64,000 bases of DNA from Raja brachyura. Lineage: Eukaryota. The DNA lies in contig OY740818.1 of the NCBI GenBank assembly GCA_963514005.1, forward strand, positions 15,314,001 to 15,378,000, in the 5' to 3' direction. Positions 24,263-64,000 of the stretch are shown here, piece by piece (the first letter of the stretch is position 1; the number at the start of each line of letters is the position of its first letter). The translations under genes and the position numbers were made by a program. A model generated the notes under the pieces. The model was not told where the DNA came from and searched no databases. It saw only the letters and a program-made list of their open reading frames with translations.

Positions 24263-25569
24263 ATGGCGGTTCTGGGCCATAATTCTTCAGCACCATTGTT
24301 AGAATGATGATAAGGTAGATAGCATTTGCTGTATCCCATGCACACCAATTCTTAGTATCGTGAGAAGGAATTTGGGTTCATTTGTTTCTACGACGATGAC
24401 AAGATAGATCATCTACTTAGCAGCTGCAGGTGAAGAAGGTTGCAAATGCTTCTGCCTTGTTGTTTGCACTCATGCTTCAGTTTAGCATCATGGAGGAAGG
24501 GCCCAGCGCTCCCTATTTTTTAACAATATTCTGGAGGAGATGTATCGAAGGGTCTCGACCCGAGACAACACCCATCCCTTCCCTTCAGAGATGCTGAGTT
24601 ACTGAGCATTTTGTGTCTGTCTTCGGTGTATGTGAGAGGATATCAGTGAGGATCAGACTTTTCACTGATTCTTTCACCGCCAGCCATCTGTCGGCCATGA
24701 CGTTCAGGGTATAACAGCACAGTGATGCCGCAGTTTGCTCTGCTGATGCACAACTCCCATGAGCCCATTTCAATCCTGACTTTGAGTATTATCAGTGTGG
24801 AATTTACACGTTCTCCCTGAGTGTGAATTTGACCCCAAATGCTCTGGTTTGTTGGAGGATGGAATCGAGGAGGATTTGAAGGGTAAGTGAATATGAACAG
24901 GTGGAGGTGAATAAATGGGGGAAATTGAACTGGTGAGAATGGCCTGAGAACTAGTATAGACTCATTGGGCTGAATGGCCAATGGAAATAATTATTGTAAT
25001 AAAACAAATATAGAGTTCAGTAGAAAGTACACAAGCTGAATCGATGCCTAGCAATTATTGTCTGGCCCATTAACATATCAATTTTTTTTTGCATATTAGA
25101 TTGTCATTGCTTCATTAATTGTTCTTCCACTGGCATTCCCAATGCCAATGGAAGCTGATTCAATAAGGAAATTGGATTATTGATTGAAAAAGATCTGTTG
25201 GGGAATGGGAAAAGGGCGGGATGAGGTTAGATTTAATTGAAACATTTCTATCAAAGATCCAGGACAGGAAAAAAAACAAATGCTCTCCTCTGCATTTTGT
25301 TGCTTTATGATTCTCAGAAAATTGATGCAAAACACATTTGATGGCTGTGTCTCTGTGGACTAGAAATTGCTCAAGACTGAATTTGTTTTACCGGCACTAA
25401 AGCGGATAGCAGATGTACGGCATCATCTTGTAACAGTATATACATATATATTCCAAACTTTAGAGTATCTAAAAGCTTGTACACGTGCTTAAGGAAATTC
25501 CTCTGGACCATGCAATTAGTTGAAAGCAAACAGCAAGTCTTATTCTTGTGGGCCATGTCAAATGACATC

Positions 25570-26596
25570 TTTATTTGTGCCTTCTGCTATTCCCAATCAT
25601 AAAGTCAACTTCAGCAAAAAAAGGCTGTACTTTCAGCTGTTATCACACTCAGCTTATTCATCACCATACAACCATTAATAAGAGTTGCTATCAGTCAATA
25701 ACTGTAATAACACTTAAGTGTTTTTCTAGGAGCTGAAGCTTAATACAGCATGTAAACATTAACCATGGCTGATTTGAAAATGCTGAGACAACAGTTTAGC
25801 ATTCCTTAATGTTGTTCGCCCTGGTTAGGACATATAATTATTTGATACAGATTCACCTACAAAAATAAAAAAGGAACGCATCCGTCTCTTCTCAATTTTT
25901 ATTATCAGCTGCCTCTGCTGAAGTAATTGAATTGTTTTGCTTATATTGGGGTTAACACACTTTGTGTTATATCAGCGAAAAAAACACAAATAAATGGGAA
26001 GCACAAGAAACTGCATATGCCGGAATCGAACAATAAACAAAATGCTGGAGGAACTCAGAGTGTCAGACAGAACCTGTGGAAGGAATCAGACAGACAATGT
26101 TTCAGATTAGGATCTTTCTTCAGCCTGAAGGACTCTGAAGAAAGATTCTGATCTGAAACATTGCCTGCTGATTCCCTCGAAAGATGCTGCGTGACCTCAA
26201 GAGTTCCTCCAGTACTTTGTTTTTAGAAACAAATAAATCCCTGGCAGGAATACATACAGTTTGCAATTGGTGGCTTGGGGCAATGGCTTCAAATAACCAG
26301 GTCTGCAGTTAAGGGCAGCCCACTTCATATAATACAATAAATTATAATGCAGCTGTGGCTCTTTATAATATGCACGAATATCATGCAAATAATAACTGCA
26401 GTATTATGTCTCAAAATTAGCAGATGAATACACAGGTACAAAGACAATGGTAGACAACACAGGATTTAATACAATTTATACAAAATGTGTTATTAAAATA
26501 TGAATTAGTTTTAAAAAAGGTAACATTTATAATTGCAAAAAACTGTATAAAAATAAATATTCTATGTACACACTCCATTCTGAGGTTAGACCATCA

Positions 26597-26599
<3 letters not shown>
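25570..26599 (-). other. COL13A1: COL13A1 last exon: TGA stop (26599-26597) plus 3' UTR; 3' end uncertain
   Basis: Acceptor gcttttctttgcag|TGATGATGG, followed by TGTACATAGAATATTTATTTTTATACAG; minus-strand AATAAA at ~25903-25898 and ~25575-25570. Confidence 0.75.
26000..26222. mobile_element. Older inverted pair of hammerhead-family repeats inside the putative COL13A1 3' UTR
   Basis: Both arms read CTGAAGA-A-AGAT-NNNN-ATCT-GAAAC. Confidence 0.65.
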
Positions 26600-63605
<37,006 letters not shown>

Positions 63606-63811
63606 CTAAGCATAAAATATGAAGATAGGAGATCAATACACAGGACCTGAAAGGAAAGGTGAAAAAGAGGGGAACATCGAGAACAGACGAGGAGACTTCA
63701 AGAACATATGAGAAAACTTCACAAACAGACAAGGAAACATCAAGGCACTTTATTCAATGTGATGAGGCCACATTGTGATACATGGGATGAGCCGTGTATC
63801 TATTTCATTTT

Positions 63812-64000
63812 GCATAGGAAGGAACTGCAAATGCTGGTTTAAACCGAAGATAGACACAAAATACTGGAGTAACTCAGCGGGATAGGCAGCATCTCTGGAG
63901 AAACATTTTGGGTTGTTTCAGTCTGAAGAAGGGTCTCGACCTGGAAAGTCACCCATTCCTTCTCTCCAGAGATGCTGCCTGTCCCGCTGAGTTACTCCAG
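63812..64000. mobile_element. Inverted pair of hammerhead/Penelope-type repeats (runs off window)
   Basis: ctggagtaactcagcgggataggcagcatctctggaga versus tctccagagatgctgcctgtcccgctgagttactccag. Confidence 0.75.

Overview
Vertebrate genomic DNA, most likely a skate/ray (inferred from HE1-type V-SINEs, HER1/CR1 LINEs and Deu-domain SINEs). Two spliced genes lie in tandem on the minus strand. (1) The 3' part of the transmembrane collagen COL13A1: 19 phase-0 coding exons from 63605 to 27941, ending GEDGLPVQGCWNK, with the stop codon at the start of a last exon at 26599. It has a duplicated, probably mutually exclusive, penultimate exon pair (33769-33855 and 33142-33219). (2) The 5' part of a PRKG2-subfamily cGMP-dependent kinase, probably the paralog prkg3: 7 coding exons from 11543 to 437, running off the window. 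Introns are full of CR1, Rex1, SINE, MITE and Penelope-like relics. The most notable non-coding signals: an abundant ~100-130 bp repeat carrying a minimal type I hammerhead ribozyme motif (CTGAAGA-A-GGGTCTCGACCC-GAAACGTC), found as solo copies, inverted pairs and one retrozyme-like direct-repeat unit (18637-19203), many with 11-14 bp target-site duplications; an intronic RNA duplex plus RBFOX site bracketing one of the alternative collagen exons; and a candidate alternative last exon with a long 3' UTR. Most ORFs in the supplied track are spurious or repeat-derived. All calls were made by eye, without database searches; comparisons to human proteins are from memory, and repeat boundaries are approximate.
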